Assembly (NCBI GenBank): GCA_031414775.1
Contig: JANOQI010000062.1
Coordinates: 160,001 to 224,000, forward strand
DNA length: 64,000 bases
DNA from: Synechococcales cyanobacterium VAR_4_metabat_354
GTDB taxonomy: Bacteria > Cyanobacteriota > Cyanobacteriia > Cyanobacteriales > Chamaesiphonaceae
Reading direction: 5' to 3'
The position numbers were made by a program, and so were the translations under genes. The notes under the pieces were generated by a model, which made no database searches, had not been told where the DNA came from, and worked only from the letters and a program-made list of their open reading frames with translations. Positions 52,055-61,486 of this stretch are shown piece by piece. Position 1 is the first letter of the stretch. Each line of letters begins with the position of its first letter.

Positions 52055-52229
52055 TAGTGACGAGCAATGAGCGTGACAGTTGGATTTCAGCCATAGATTC
52101 CACTTTGAGCAAATGGTCTCAAGGGGATTGTACGATCGGAGACGATCACTGGTTCATTACTCGATTCGATCCGAAACGTCCCTTAACACCAGATTCTAAA
52201 GACGTTGTAGAATCAGATGCCAATGCTGA

Positions 52230-53372
52230 TACCAATTTAAATTGAATAGGTGACAAACAAGATAAACTAAAAATGTTGTAATTGAGATATTTGAGATGGC
52301 TGGAGTGACTGCAATTATCGTGAAAGAGAGCTTGGATGAAATATCCGAACGATTACGTCAAGCTAGCCAACCGATTGTTAAAGAGCGCCTACAAATGCTG
52401 TACTGGCTGAAACAGGAAAAGGCACCAAGTATCAGTAATATAGCGAAAGCCATAGGGAGACATCGAGGCACATTACAAGAGTGGTTAAGAATCTATCGAG
52501 AAGAAGGACTACCCGCATTGGAAATAGTTAAAAGTAAACCTGGTGGAGGAAGAAGAATTATCCCCAAATGGGCAGAGGAGGCTTTATCGAAGCGTTTGCA
52601 AGAGCCAGAAAACGGTTTTGTGAGCTATGGAGCAGTTCAACAATGGTTAGCCGAGACATTAGGCGTAGAAGCTGAGTATCATGCAGTTTATCAAATGACT
52701 CGTTATCGGCTCAAAGCTAAGCTGAAAGTAGCACGGCCTAGACATTACAAGCAAAGTCAGGAGCAGAGAGAGGCTTTTAAAAAAACCTCGCCGATGACCT
52801 AGAGCTATTAATGGTACACGACCAGAAGAACAATCGACCTATTAGATATTTTGCTCAGGATGAGAGTCGCTTTGGACTAAAAACTTTAGTAGGTAGAGTT
52901 CTCACAGCCTGTGGAATCAAACCAATTGGAGAATGGCAATGGTTGTTTAAGGCATTCTGGCTATATGGGGCTGTGGAACCTGCTACAGGAGAGTCTTTTT
53001 TTCTGCAATTTTCTCATGTCGATACTGAGTGCTTTCAGATATTTTTGGATAAATTCTCTAAGGCTTATCCGGATAGCCTCAATATTATTCAGGTGGACAA
53101 TGGCCGTTTTCATGCCAGCAAGAAGTTGGTGGTACCAGAGAATATCATTTTGTTGTTTCAGCCTCCTTATTGTCCAGAGTTAAATCCGATTGAGCACTTG
53201 TGGCAATACCTCAAAGCTGATTTACGGTGGGCTTCTTTTAAAAACCTAGAGCAACTTCAAACCAAATTAGGACAACTTTTAGCGCAGTTGACTCCTGAAG
53301 TTATTACTTCCGTTACAGGATATCCCTTTATTCTGGATGCTCTATCCGTCGTTAATGCTATTTAAATTGGTA
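52230..53372 (+). mobile_element. IS630-family insertion sequence (1143 bp)
   Basis: Terminal inverted repeats TACCAATTTAAAT / ATTTAAATTGGTA; flanked by TGA on both sides; DDE transposase inside. Confidence 0.93.
52296..53365 (+). CDS. IS630 transposase, two ORFs joined by a probable programmed -1 frameshift
   Basis: HTH ORF 52296-52802; catalytic ORF with QDESRFG, DNGRFH, PELNPIE; slippery TTTT-A7 at 52775-52785 and the -1 frame stays open (KNLADDLELLMVHDQ). Confidence 0.9.
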
Positions 53373-54104
53373 TGATTTAGCAGAGTCAGCAGTCAGAGGT
53401 TTTGTTATTGTTACTCAGACATGCGATCTAGTCCGTTCTTGTAAAGATCGCCCTTTCGTCGAAATCTCGCCATTAGTAGAAGTTGATGCCGAATGGTTGG
53501 CAGAAATTAAAAGACTGAAGCGACCCAACTATTCTTATATTGCAGGAGTTGCCGATCTCTTTTTGGTCGCTGACCTTGATCGAGTGATGACAATCGAAAA
53601 GGCTGTTGTTGCAACATGGGAAAAAATACCAGGATGCCAAAGTGATGCAGATATTCGATCGCTGGGAGAGGCATTATCACGAAAACGTAGTCGATTTGCT
53701 TTTCCTGATGATTTTAATAAATTAGCTCAAAAGCTACAAAAACGAATGCAGGACAAACACGAAAAAACTAGCCCTGAAGGTAAGGCTCTTCGTGCTTTAG
53801 TTGAAATCAGAGTAAGGGCGGCACCATCTTGGGGTGATGAGAAAAAAGTAGAACTATTTTTCTGGTTTATTTGTACAGAGGAAGAGGATTGCTCTAAAGA
53901 CATGGAATGGCATAAACGATTACCTGAGTGGCTGAATCTACTCCCTACATCGGGAAGATTTACAACCGTGGATGGCTCGGTAGTAAAGTTGGAAGATATG
54001 ACAGCTAAAGATTACGCGCAAAGTGATCGACTCGATCTTGATCGGCTATCTTCCCATTGAATGACATTTATAGAAGTCAACTATCAGTGTAGGACTGAAA
54101 GTCA

Positions 54105-54190
54105 TCTGGATGCACGCTTTGGCACTGGCCTGTTTTGCGGTGGTGTTATTAGCCATTAGCACCAGCCGTTTCCGTAATCAAGTTGGCTAA
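54105..54190 (+). repeat. Right copy of the 86-bp direct repeat (orphan permease 3' end)
   Basis: Encodes WMHALALACFAVVLLAISTSRFRNQVG*; its TAA directly abuts the stop of the convergent gene at 54191. Confidence 0.93.
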
Positions 54191-55201
54191 TTAGCGCTTG
54201 GCAACTTTGGCTTTTGGGGCATTGAGAGCACTGATATTTTCTACTTGGGTGTCATAGATGCGCCACTGGCCATTAGTTTTGCGGACGGTGTTGATCGTCA
54301 CCAGTTGGCTATCAGTGAATTCGCCACCTTTGATTTTTTTGACGTTGGCAATCAGTTTGACTACCGCTTCTTGTTTACTCAATGCTACAATTTCGACAGT
54401 TTTTAGATCGTATTTGAGGTCATAGTTTTTGAATAGTTTTAATGTCGATGCCTTAGTTGCAGTGTAGTTAGGTGATGCGACATCGAGAGTGGCTAAGTAG
54501 TCGCCTAACTTTTCTTGATTGAGAGCGCGTAAATGTTTGGCGAAAACTTGCTGAAATATCTTGCGATCACTAGCCATGATTTTTAGGCCAGATCTAGAAG
54601 TTCCTCTAATATCACTAACTGATAAACCAGCTACTGGTTGAAACTTATTACCAATCATGGCTAAAATTAGCCAACGACCATTAGTTTTCTCTAACTTAAT
54701 AGTACCAGTAGAGACCTGAGGCTTATCATAATTAACGTTTGAACGGATCGAAGTCGTTGTAACTGAACCATCCTTGCCGATCTTAGTCCCAGACTCTTTT
54801 TTAAGTCGCTCCATTTCAGGGATTAGCCCCGTTTTACCCAGCGTAGCTAAGACTTTAACTTTGACTGATGCTTGATTATTAGAAACTTGGATGTCATCAA
54901 ATTCTTTGACGCTATAAATTAGTCCCAATGCTTGTAAAAATTTTATGCTCGATGGATCTTTAGCAACTTCTTTATATTCTTTGCTAACTGGAGAAATGGT
55001 ACTGAGGAAGCTAGCACTATCGCCAGTATTCATAGAACTGATATTCTTTTCGATAATTTTTTTGATTTCTAGCTTATCTTTATCAAGATTGATATTCACA
55101 ACCACCGATGTTTGAGCTGGCTTGGCGAACACTATCGAGGGGAAAAATAAAGTTGTAGTAGCGATCGCCACCAAAGGCAGTAGAAAAATTTTGTTAAACA
55201 T
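54191..55201 (-). CDS. Secreted protein with two NTF2-like domains
   Basis: Signal peptide (SIVFA); two internally similar halves each ending KTNG.W.I. Confidence 0.65.
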   Translation of the reverse strand: MFNKIFLLPLVAIATTTLFFPSIVFAKPAQTSVVVNINLDKDKLEIKKIIEKNISSMNTGDSASFLSTISPVSKEYKEVAKDPSSIKFLQALGLIYSVKEFDDIQVSNNQASVKVKVLATLGKTGLIPEMERLKKESGTKIGKDGSVTTTSIRSNVNYDKPQVSTGTIKLEKTNGRWLILAMIGNKFQPVAGLSVSDIRGTSRSGLKIMASDRKIFQQVFAKHLRALNQEKLGDYLATLDVASPNYTATKASTLKLFKNYDLKYDLKTVEIVALSKQEAVVKLIANVKKIKGGEFTDSQLVTINTVRKTNGQWRIYDTQVENISALNAPKAKVAKR

Positions 55202-55290
55202 AGCAGATGCAAAAGCTAATGACTGTGATGAAAGGCAAGTTTGCCTCCAACATAGCAACTCCACTTCAGCTCCGAGATCCGTGGTTCTAC

Positions 55291-56268
55291 CTAAACTAAA
55301 CCTAACTCTCGCTTCAATAAACTAATCGACTTCTCCCCAACATAGTTTTCGCTTTCAATCACCTTGGGGATCCGAATCAAATCATCACTAGCCCGTTCGA
55401 TCGCCTTATGCACTCGCGCCAAACTAGCCTTATCACTAATAATTATATTAGCCCGATGCACGATTGCCTTTAGTTTATAGCTATCAGTAACTTGGCAGGT
55501 ACTAATTAAAATTTCGTCGCCGCGCATACTATAAACAATCATTTCTGCGATCGCCAAAATTCCGATACTGACACTAACAATGCCCACATAGCTTTTGTTC
55601 GGAATCTTTTTGACCACGGCTAGCTCCTTGCCATAGTCTTGGAGATCCACTGGTAATACTCGGACATTGCGTTTTGCTGTAATTGCTTCAACTGCCGTAA
55701 TAAAATAGCGACTGGTCACCACCGTTCCGGAATGAGTTTGCGCCAGTACTTGATCTAAATCCTCGATCGTTACCAATTCCACCGGTATACCCAAAGTTTG
55801 CTCTAATTCTTGAGTCATCAATTCCCCGGCTCCAATATCATTTTTGGGTACCGAGACAAAGACTCGCGCACTACAACGCAATCGCCAGTCAATTTCAGCC
55901 AGAAATAACTCTCTAGCCTCACGCAGCGAAGAACCTTGTAATAACAGGGTATTGAGGCTTTGACTAACCAGTGCTAGAGCATTTTCCTGAATTTCAGTAG
56001 CTGGCAAATCTACGTCACCGCTTTCATGACCCAGGGAGCGTACATAGATACCGGATCCTGCTTGAGACTCTACCATGCCAGTGGCTTCTAACTGGCCATA
56101 GACCTTGCTGATAGTATTTCGATGTAAGCCCGTTTGCATCGCTAGCTGACGCGTACTGGGCAAACGATGACCAGGTGGAAACTGCCGGGAAGCGATCGCA
56201 AACAATAATTGGTCATATAGCTGTTTGGAAACAGGAATATCGCTGTCAGATTGAATTTGAAACTGCAT
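55291..56268 (-). CDS. plmA: GntR family regulator, cyanobacterial PlmA type
   Basis: MQFQIQSDSDIPVSKQL, LPSTRQLAMQTGLHRNTISKVY, EIDWRLRCSARV, LLKRELGL. Confidence 0.88.
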   Translation of the reverse strand: MQFQIQSDSDIPVSKQLYDQLLFAIASRQFPPGHRLPSTRQLAMQTGLHRNTISKVYGQLEATGMVESQAGSGIYVRSLGHESGDVDLPATEIQENALALVSQSLNTLLLQGSSLREARELFLAEIDWRLRCSARVFVSVPKNDIGAGELMTQELEQTLGIPVELVTIEDLDQVLAQTHSGTVVTSRYFITAVEAITAKRNVRVLPVDLQDYGKELAVVKKIPNKSYVGIVSVSIGILAIAEMIVYSMRGDEILISTCQVTDSYKLKAIVHRANIIISDKASLARVHKAIERASDDLIRIPKVIESENYVGEKSISLLKRELGLV

Positions 56269-56285
56269 GGCGATCAACTCTAAAT

Positions 56286-56310
56286 AAAAAAGGTCTGGAA
56301 ACCAGACCTT
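56286..56310 (-). terminator. Terminator-like hairpin between the deacetylase gene and plmA
   Basis: Perfect 9-bp stem AAGGTCTGG-3nt-CCAGACCTT followed on the minus strand by a T-tract. Confidence 0.65.
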
Positions 56311-56347
56311 CGGATAGCATGATTTTTTGATATTCTTCGATGCTGTT

Positions 56348-57247
56348 TTAAGTAGCCGGACTAGCTGGGGTTGTAGTCTCTGGAGTTACTTCTGGCGTGG
56401 TGACTTGAGTGATCTCTAGCAATTCCGTAGTATTTACAAATCGATAGCCTTCAGCACGTAATTTTTTGATAATTATTGGTAGAGCCTTGGCGGTATTGTC
56501 ATGCTTGCCGCCTCCATCATGCATCAGCACAATCCCACCGGGTTTAGCCTGTGAGATCACATTTTTGACAATCTTTTCTACCGAAGGGCGGCGAGGATTA
56601 CTATCACCCGAGTCTACCGACCACATCAACACAGCATCATTCAGTTTGTGGGCATAGGCTACTAAGCCATTGGTGAGCACACCGCCTGGTGGTCGGAAGT
56701 AATTGGTTTTAACGTTCAAGGTTTCCAAGATGATTTTATTTGTATCATCGATTTCCCGTTGCGCCACTAGAGGTGACATTTTGTGGTACCAGTGGTGGGC
56801 TGTGTGATTAGCAATCTCATGACCATCGCCAACAACTTTTTTGGCAATTTCGGGAAAAGATCGCAAGGGCTGACCAATCATAAAAAATGTAGCTTTAACA
56901 TCTTCTTTCTTGAGAGTCGCCAAAATATTTTCGGTGGTTACTGGCCAAGGTCCGTCATCAAAGGTGAGGGCAATTACTTTTTCTGCGGTTGGTACGCTGG
57001 CTAGTGTGACTGCTTGGTAGCTACGGGGTACCTCAAACTCGATCGGAATGCTTTCCAAGGCTTTTTGATTGACGCCAACAGAATCGGCTATACCTAAGCT
57101 CGCAAATGCTGTCTGCGCCTTGCCATCCATAAATTGGCTGATACCAAAGAATATCCCTACAACCGAGGCCAGTGCTGCTAATACTAACCCTGTAAAGAAT
57201 ATCCTTCTACGAGAGGCAGCGGATATCTTCCGACTTTTTTTGTACAT
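56348..57247 (-). CDS. Polysaccharide deacetylase (CE4), N-terminally anchored
   Basis: ALTFDDGP, HEIANHTAHH, FRPPGG, VLMHDGG. Confidence 0.93.
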   Translation of the reverse strand: MYKKSRKISAASRRRIFFTGLVLAALASVVGIFFGISQFMDGKAQTAFASLGIADSVGVNQKALESIPIEFEVPRSYQAVTLASVPTAEKVIALTFDDGPWPVTTENILATLKKEDVKATFFMIGQPLRSFPEIAKKVVGDGHEIANHTAHHWYHKMSPLVAQREIDDTNKIILETLNVKTNYFRPPGGVLTNGLVAYAHKLNDAVLMWSVDSGDSNPRRPSVEKIVKNVISQAKPGGIVLMHDGGGKHDNTAKALPIIIKKLRAEGYRFVNTTELLEITQVTTPEVTPETTTPASPAT

Positions 57248-57601
57248 ATAATTTGATTATACCGGTAAAATATATAAAAATATATTAAGATGAACCGTCT
57301 CGCTGTATATCCATTAATTGCTAGCGTGGATATTTTCTGGAAATTTCAGAAGAAATTATGACCAAATTATTATGCCCTAAAATCAAGTAATCATATCTAG
57401 TTGATTTGGCGGTGCTGATGATGCTTCGGCTTGGGACTAATTCCCGCTGGTGCCCATAGATCGATCGAGCTATAATCCGACAACAGCTACAGAGACCTAA
57501 TTATCAGATATAAAACCATTGTGGTAGTGATAACTGCAATCTTTTTCTCTGGGTTTTGGGTATGCTAGATCTGTGCAGTTTGATTTTATATTTGTTGTCC
57601 T

Positions 57602-58486
57602 ATGCCACCCAAATCTACCTCGTCCACCTTTTCAATGGATGATTTTGCCAAAGCCTTAGAATCCGAAACAGTTAGTTTCGAGAAAGGCACTGTGATCAAA
57701 GGCAAAGTATTTAGCCACGATACTAACGGGGCATACATAGACATTAAAGGAAAATCTTTGGCTTTTGTATCGATCGAGGATGTCGGTTCCGATTTAGATA
57801 CACTATTGCCGATCGGGGAAGATTTTGATTTTTTGGTAGCTCGCGAACAGGATGCTGATGGCCAAGTGACTCTCTCTCGGCGGCAACTGCAAATTAAGTA
57901 TGCCTGGGATAAGGTGGCCGATATTCAAGAAGCAAAAGAATCTATTACTGTCAGAGTTACGGGTGTGAATAAAGGCGGGGTCACTGTCGATTTCCAAGGT
58001 TTGCGGGGCTTTATCCCTAAGTCGCAGCTTTCAGAGCGAGATTTGAACTCTTTGGTAGGGAGCAGTGTTACAGCCTTGATTATTGAAGCCGATCAAGAGC
58101 GCAATAAGTTTGTATTGTCTCAGCGGCAAGCTAGTCGCAGTGAAAACTTTAGTCGGCTTCAGCTTGGTCAGCTGATCAGTGGTCAAGTGGTAAGCATTAA
58201 GCCCTTTGGGGCGTTTGTAGATTTTGATGGTACGACTGGTTTATTGCACATTAAGCAAATCAGCCAAGAATATATCCCTGACTTGAATGTAGTGTTCTCG
58301 ATCGGACAGGAGCTGAAGGCTTTAATTATTAGTTTGGACGAGGGATCAGGTAAGATTGCGCTCTCGACGCGGGTACTAGAAAACAAGCCTGGTGAAATGA
58401 TCAATGACCAAGCTGAAGTCATGAACTCGGCTGATGCGCGTGCACCTCGCGCTGCGCAGAAGCTTTTTGGTGGTGCTGAGGCTTAA
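57602..58486 (+). CDS. S1 RNA-binding protein (ribosomal protein S1 homolog B type)
   Basis: Three S1 domains (GAYIDI, NKGGVTV..LRGFIPKS, KPFGAFVD..GLLHI). Confidence 0.88.
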   Translation: MPPKSTSSTFSMDDFAKALESETVSFEKGTVIKGKVFSHDTNGAYIDIKGKSLAFVSIEDVGSDLDTLLPIGEDFDFLVAREQDADGQVTLSRRQLQIKYAWDKVADIQEAKESITVRVTGVNKGGVTVDFQGLRGFIPKSQLSERDLNSLVGSSVTALIIEADQERNKFVLSQRQASRSENFSRLQLGQLISGQVVSIKPFGAFVDFDGTTGLLHIKQISQEYIPDLNVVFSIGQELKALIISLDEGSGKIALSTRVLENKPGEMINDQAEVMNSADARAPRAAQKLFGGAEA

Positions 58487-58687
58487 GCTAAAGCATTGCT
58501 TCTGTTCAGTACTGTTGATTTTTAGACTGCCTTTACCAGAAGTCAGCCCAGGTTAGAGTGCAAGAATAAGCGTTGCATCGAACCTGAACCAAACAAAACT
58601 GTTCACAGTAGCTCTCTGCTCTACATGCCGAAGAAAGGCTGGAGAATGAGGGCGAAATTTTAGGATAGTATTTTATTTTTGTCTTCC

Positions 58688-59299
58688 TTAATAGCCGCGC
58701 CAAATACCCACTAAAGTACCTTGCAGTTCCACCTGATCAGCAGGTGCTTCGATCGGCAGGTATTGGGAATTAGCTGGCTTCAGTGTTACCTGACTACCTT
58801 CGATGTGGTAGTGCTTGAGAGTAGTACCTTGACCATCAACCCTAGCCGCTACAATCGTGCCGTTCTTCACATATTCAACATTCTTGACCGGCTGCATAAT
58901 CACCATGTCCCCCTCGGTAATCATGTCCTCAATCATGCTGTCACCAGTTACCCGCAGGGCAAAATGATCAACACCCTGGAAAAAGCCCTGAATATCTAAT
59001 CTTTCCACTTCATCCAGATAGGGATCGACTAAACCACCGGCAGCGATTGCACCGAGCACCGGAATACCGCTAGTACTATTTTTTAAAATTTGGATGGTGC
59101 GAGCTTGGCCTTCCGCCCACTGAATATAGCCTTTGTTACGTAAATGTTCCAAACGGCTTTGAATTGGAGCTGGGGACTTCAAACCCATCGCGATCATCAT
59201 TTGCCGAATAGAAGGAGCATGTTGCTGGTCTCGAATGTATCCGACTAACCAATCGTATAGTTCTTGTTGGGCTTTTGTTAAATTGGGGTTCAATACCAT
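58688..59299 (-). CDS. lexA: LexA repressor
   Basis: PSIRQMM..MGLKSPAPIQSRL HTH; Ala-Gly cleavage site (IAAG), catalytic Ser (GDSM) and Lys (TTLK) present. Confidence 0.95.
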   Translation of the reverse strand: MVLNPNLTKAQQELYDWLVGYIRDQQHAPSIRQMMIAMGLKSPAPIQSRLEHLRNKGYIQWAEGQARTIQILKNSTSGIPVLGAIAAGGLVDPYLDEVERLDIQGFFQGVDHFALRVTGDSMIEDMITEGDMVIMQPVKNVEYVKNGTIVAARVDGQGTTLKHYHIEGSQVTLKPANSQYLPIEAPADQVELQGTLVGIWRGY

Positions 59300-59500
59300 G
59301 AGCTTTTCCTAATAGGGGATTGAGTTAGAAGAAAATACTTCTAACCAAAATGGTTGGAATTGACGCGCTCACGAGATTGCAAAAGAGTTACTTCTGTCTC
59401 ACCAAAATTCTTTCCATGTGAATATGGATCTACTATAGATCCTAAGTACTATTAAGATCAACTACTTTTTAGTACAAAGTATTTAATAACCTAAATTTCA

Positions 59501-60427
59501 CTAGTAGGACATGCCTAACAATGCTACTAGTAAAGCTTTTTGGGCGTGGAGACGATTTTCGGCCTGATCCCAGACGGCTGATCGATCGCCTTCTAATACT
59601 TCCTCGGTGATTTCTTCTTCGCGGTGGGCGGGCAGACAATGTAAGACGATTGCTTGCGGATCTGCCCAGCTCATCAAAGTAGCATTTACCTGATAAGGCA
59701 TAAAGACTGGAATGCGGCTGGTTGCCTCATCTTCTTGCCCCATACTTGCCCAGACATCGGTATAGACAATTTGGGCACCGTGCACAGCGGTTGCGAGGTC
59801 GGTAGTCACCATAATCTGGGAATTAGTTTGAGCAGCAATCTGTTGTGCTTGAGCCACAATCTGGGGGTTCGGCATAAAATTACTCGGCGCCGCAATGGCC
59901 ACATCCATCCCCACCAAGGCACCGCCCAACAGCAGGGAATGGGCCATATTGTTGCCATCACCACAATAGGTGAGCTTCAAGCCCTCCAAAGTGCCAAATT
60001 TTTCTTGGATGGTCTGGAGATCGGCGAGGACTTGGCAGGGATGTTCTAAATCAGTCAAAGCATTAATAATCGGCATTTTGGCGTACTTGGCGTATGCTTC
60101 TAAATCCTGCTGGGCAAAGGTGCGGATTGCTAAGATATCGAGATAGCGATCGAGCACCCGCGCCGTATCCTGTAGGGGTTCGCCCCGACCAATTTGGGTA
60201 GAGTTAGGGTTAAGGTCGATGACCTGGCCGCCCAATTGATACATGGCAGCAGTAAAGCTAACACGGGTGCGGGTGGACGATTTGGTGAAAAGCAGTCCTA
60301 AGGTTTGACGAGTTTGGGGATTGACTTGGCGCGTTTTGAGGGCGATCGCCAGGTCGATAAGTTTGAGCAGCTCCGCGCTGCTCAAGTCAGCCATTCCCAA
60401 TAAGTCTCTTCCCTTTAGGCTTTCCAT
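59501..60427 (-). CDS. argF: Ornithine carbamoyltransferase
   Basis: SSTRTRVSF, HPCQVLAD, GDGNN, DVWASMG, HCLPAHR, QAENRLH. Confidence 0.97.
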   Translation of the reverse strand: MESLKGRDLLGMADLSSAELLKLIDLAIALKTRQVNPQTRQTLGLLFTKSSTRTRVSFTAAMYQLGGQVIDLNPNSTQIGRGEPLQDTARVLDRYLDILAIRTFAQQDLEAYAKYAKMPIINALTDLEHPCQVLADLQTIQEKFGTLEGLKLTYCGDGNNMAHSLLLGGALVGMDVAIAAPSNFMPNPQIVAQAQQIAAQTNSQIMVTTDLATAVHGAQIVYTDVWASMGQEDEATSRIPVFMPYQVNATLMSWADPQAIVLHCLPAHREEEITEEVLEGDRSAVWDQAENRLHAQKALLVALLGMSY

Positions 60428-60802
60428 AAGCGGCCACAATCCCAGCGAAAAACGTATATTTTACTGGATTTAGCACCATACTTACCAGCTCACATCTATA
60501 TTTCCGCCCAAACCCCACTAAAATATCCGCACCAGCATAGTGGATTCTTTTCAGTAATGCCCTCTAAGTTCTAGGATTGTTCATCAGTTAAGCTGGCGAC
60601 AGTGCCTAAAAAGAAGTCATAGTGCTCTAGCATCAATCAAGCCTTTCGTTCTACCATAAATCTTTCAGCTGGGCTAGATTCAGATAAAATCTAATTGTTT
60701 GTCAAGAAATACTTTCCAAGACATAACTATCAGACTTACGTCTGTTAGACAAGCTCTAGATTCTACTGTGGCTCTATTCATCGTTTACCCCTATCTAACA
60801 CT

Positions 60803-61480
60803 ATGTCTAATACATCAGGGACAGAAGAAAACAATTTAAATGTCGATTTACTACTATCGACCTTTCTTAAAATCGAGCCACAATCTAATGAATTCGCAAC
60901 AACTTTTTACAGGATTTTGTTTGATAAATATCCCCAAATACTGCCGTTGTTTTCAGCCACCAACATGGAACAACAAAAAATCAAGTTGATTCAATCATTG
61001 GAGTTGGTTATTGCCAATGTTCACAATACAGAAACTCTCCGTGAAGTTTTGAGAGCTTTGGGAGCAAGGCATGTAGAGTATGGAGCAGTATTAACTGACT
61101 ATCCTTTAATTGGTGATTCTTTACTGCAAGCTTTGGAAAAACATCTAGGTGAAGATTGGAATGTAGCTGTTAAACAAACCTGGACTGCGGCATATCAGCT
61201 AATTGCCCAGCTGATGACAGAAGGTGCCCAAGCAGTGACCAAAAATGTTAGTGAAAATCATGCAGGTGCAAATTTAGATGCTAAGTTCAATCTAAAAGAT
61301 AAAGCTCCAAGTAATCAAACAATTATTTATAGCGGCACGTCTAAGAACGTTTTTGCTAAATTAATTCCCTTAGCCATCGTGGGCATGGCGGTAGTCTGTG
61401 GATACATTGTATGGGCGATGACACAAAATCAAAATCAACCGAACGAAACCCCTCCAACTTTTTTAGACCGAACTAGATAA
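60803..61480 (+). CDS. Single-domain globin with C-terminal TM helix
   Basis: FYRILFDKYPQILPLF, EQQKIKL, LGARHVEYG (proximal His), WTAAY; TM LIPLAIVGMAVVCGYIVWAM. Confidence 0.85.
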   Translation: MSNTSGTEENNLNVDLLLSTFLKIEPQSNEFATTFYRILFDKYPQILPLFSATNMEQQKIKLIQSLELVIANVHNTETLREVLRALGARHVEYGAVLTDYPLIGDSLLQALEKHLGEDWNVAVKQTWTAAYQLIAQLMTEGAQAVTKNVSENHAGANLDAKFNLKDKAPSNQTIIYSGTSKNVFAKLIPLAIVGMAVVCGYIVWAMTQNQNQPNETPPTFLDRTR

Positions 61481-61486
61481 CTAAGA

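Larger units (their letters stand above)
52057..54060 (+). pseudogene. ~285-aa 'TQTCD' protein interrupted by IS630
   Basis: Removing the IS and one TGA copy rejoins ...SDANAD to LAESAVRGFVIVTQTCDLV... in frame through TGA at 54060. Confidence 0.85.
50382..54104. mobile_element. 3.7-kb island integrated at the permease 3' end
   Basis: Bounded by the 86-bp direct repeat; holds a three-gene operon and an IS630. Confidence 0.8.

Noticed and set aside
52296..53365. Transposase as a frameshifted pseudogene
   Set aside because: The break coincides with a slippery A7 run and an open -1 frame, typical of programmed frameshifting in IS630 elements
59320..59490. LexA (SOS) box upstream of lexA
   Set aside because: An inverted repeat GTTAGAAG-N6-CTTCTAAC and AGTAC half-sites exist, but spacing does not fit the cyanobacterial AGTAC-N4-GTACT consensus; not supportable
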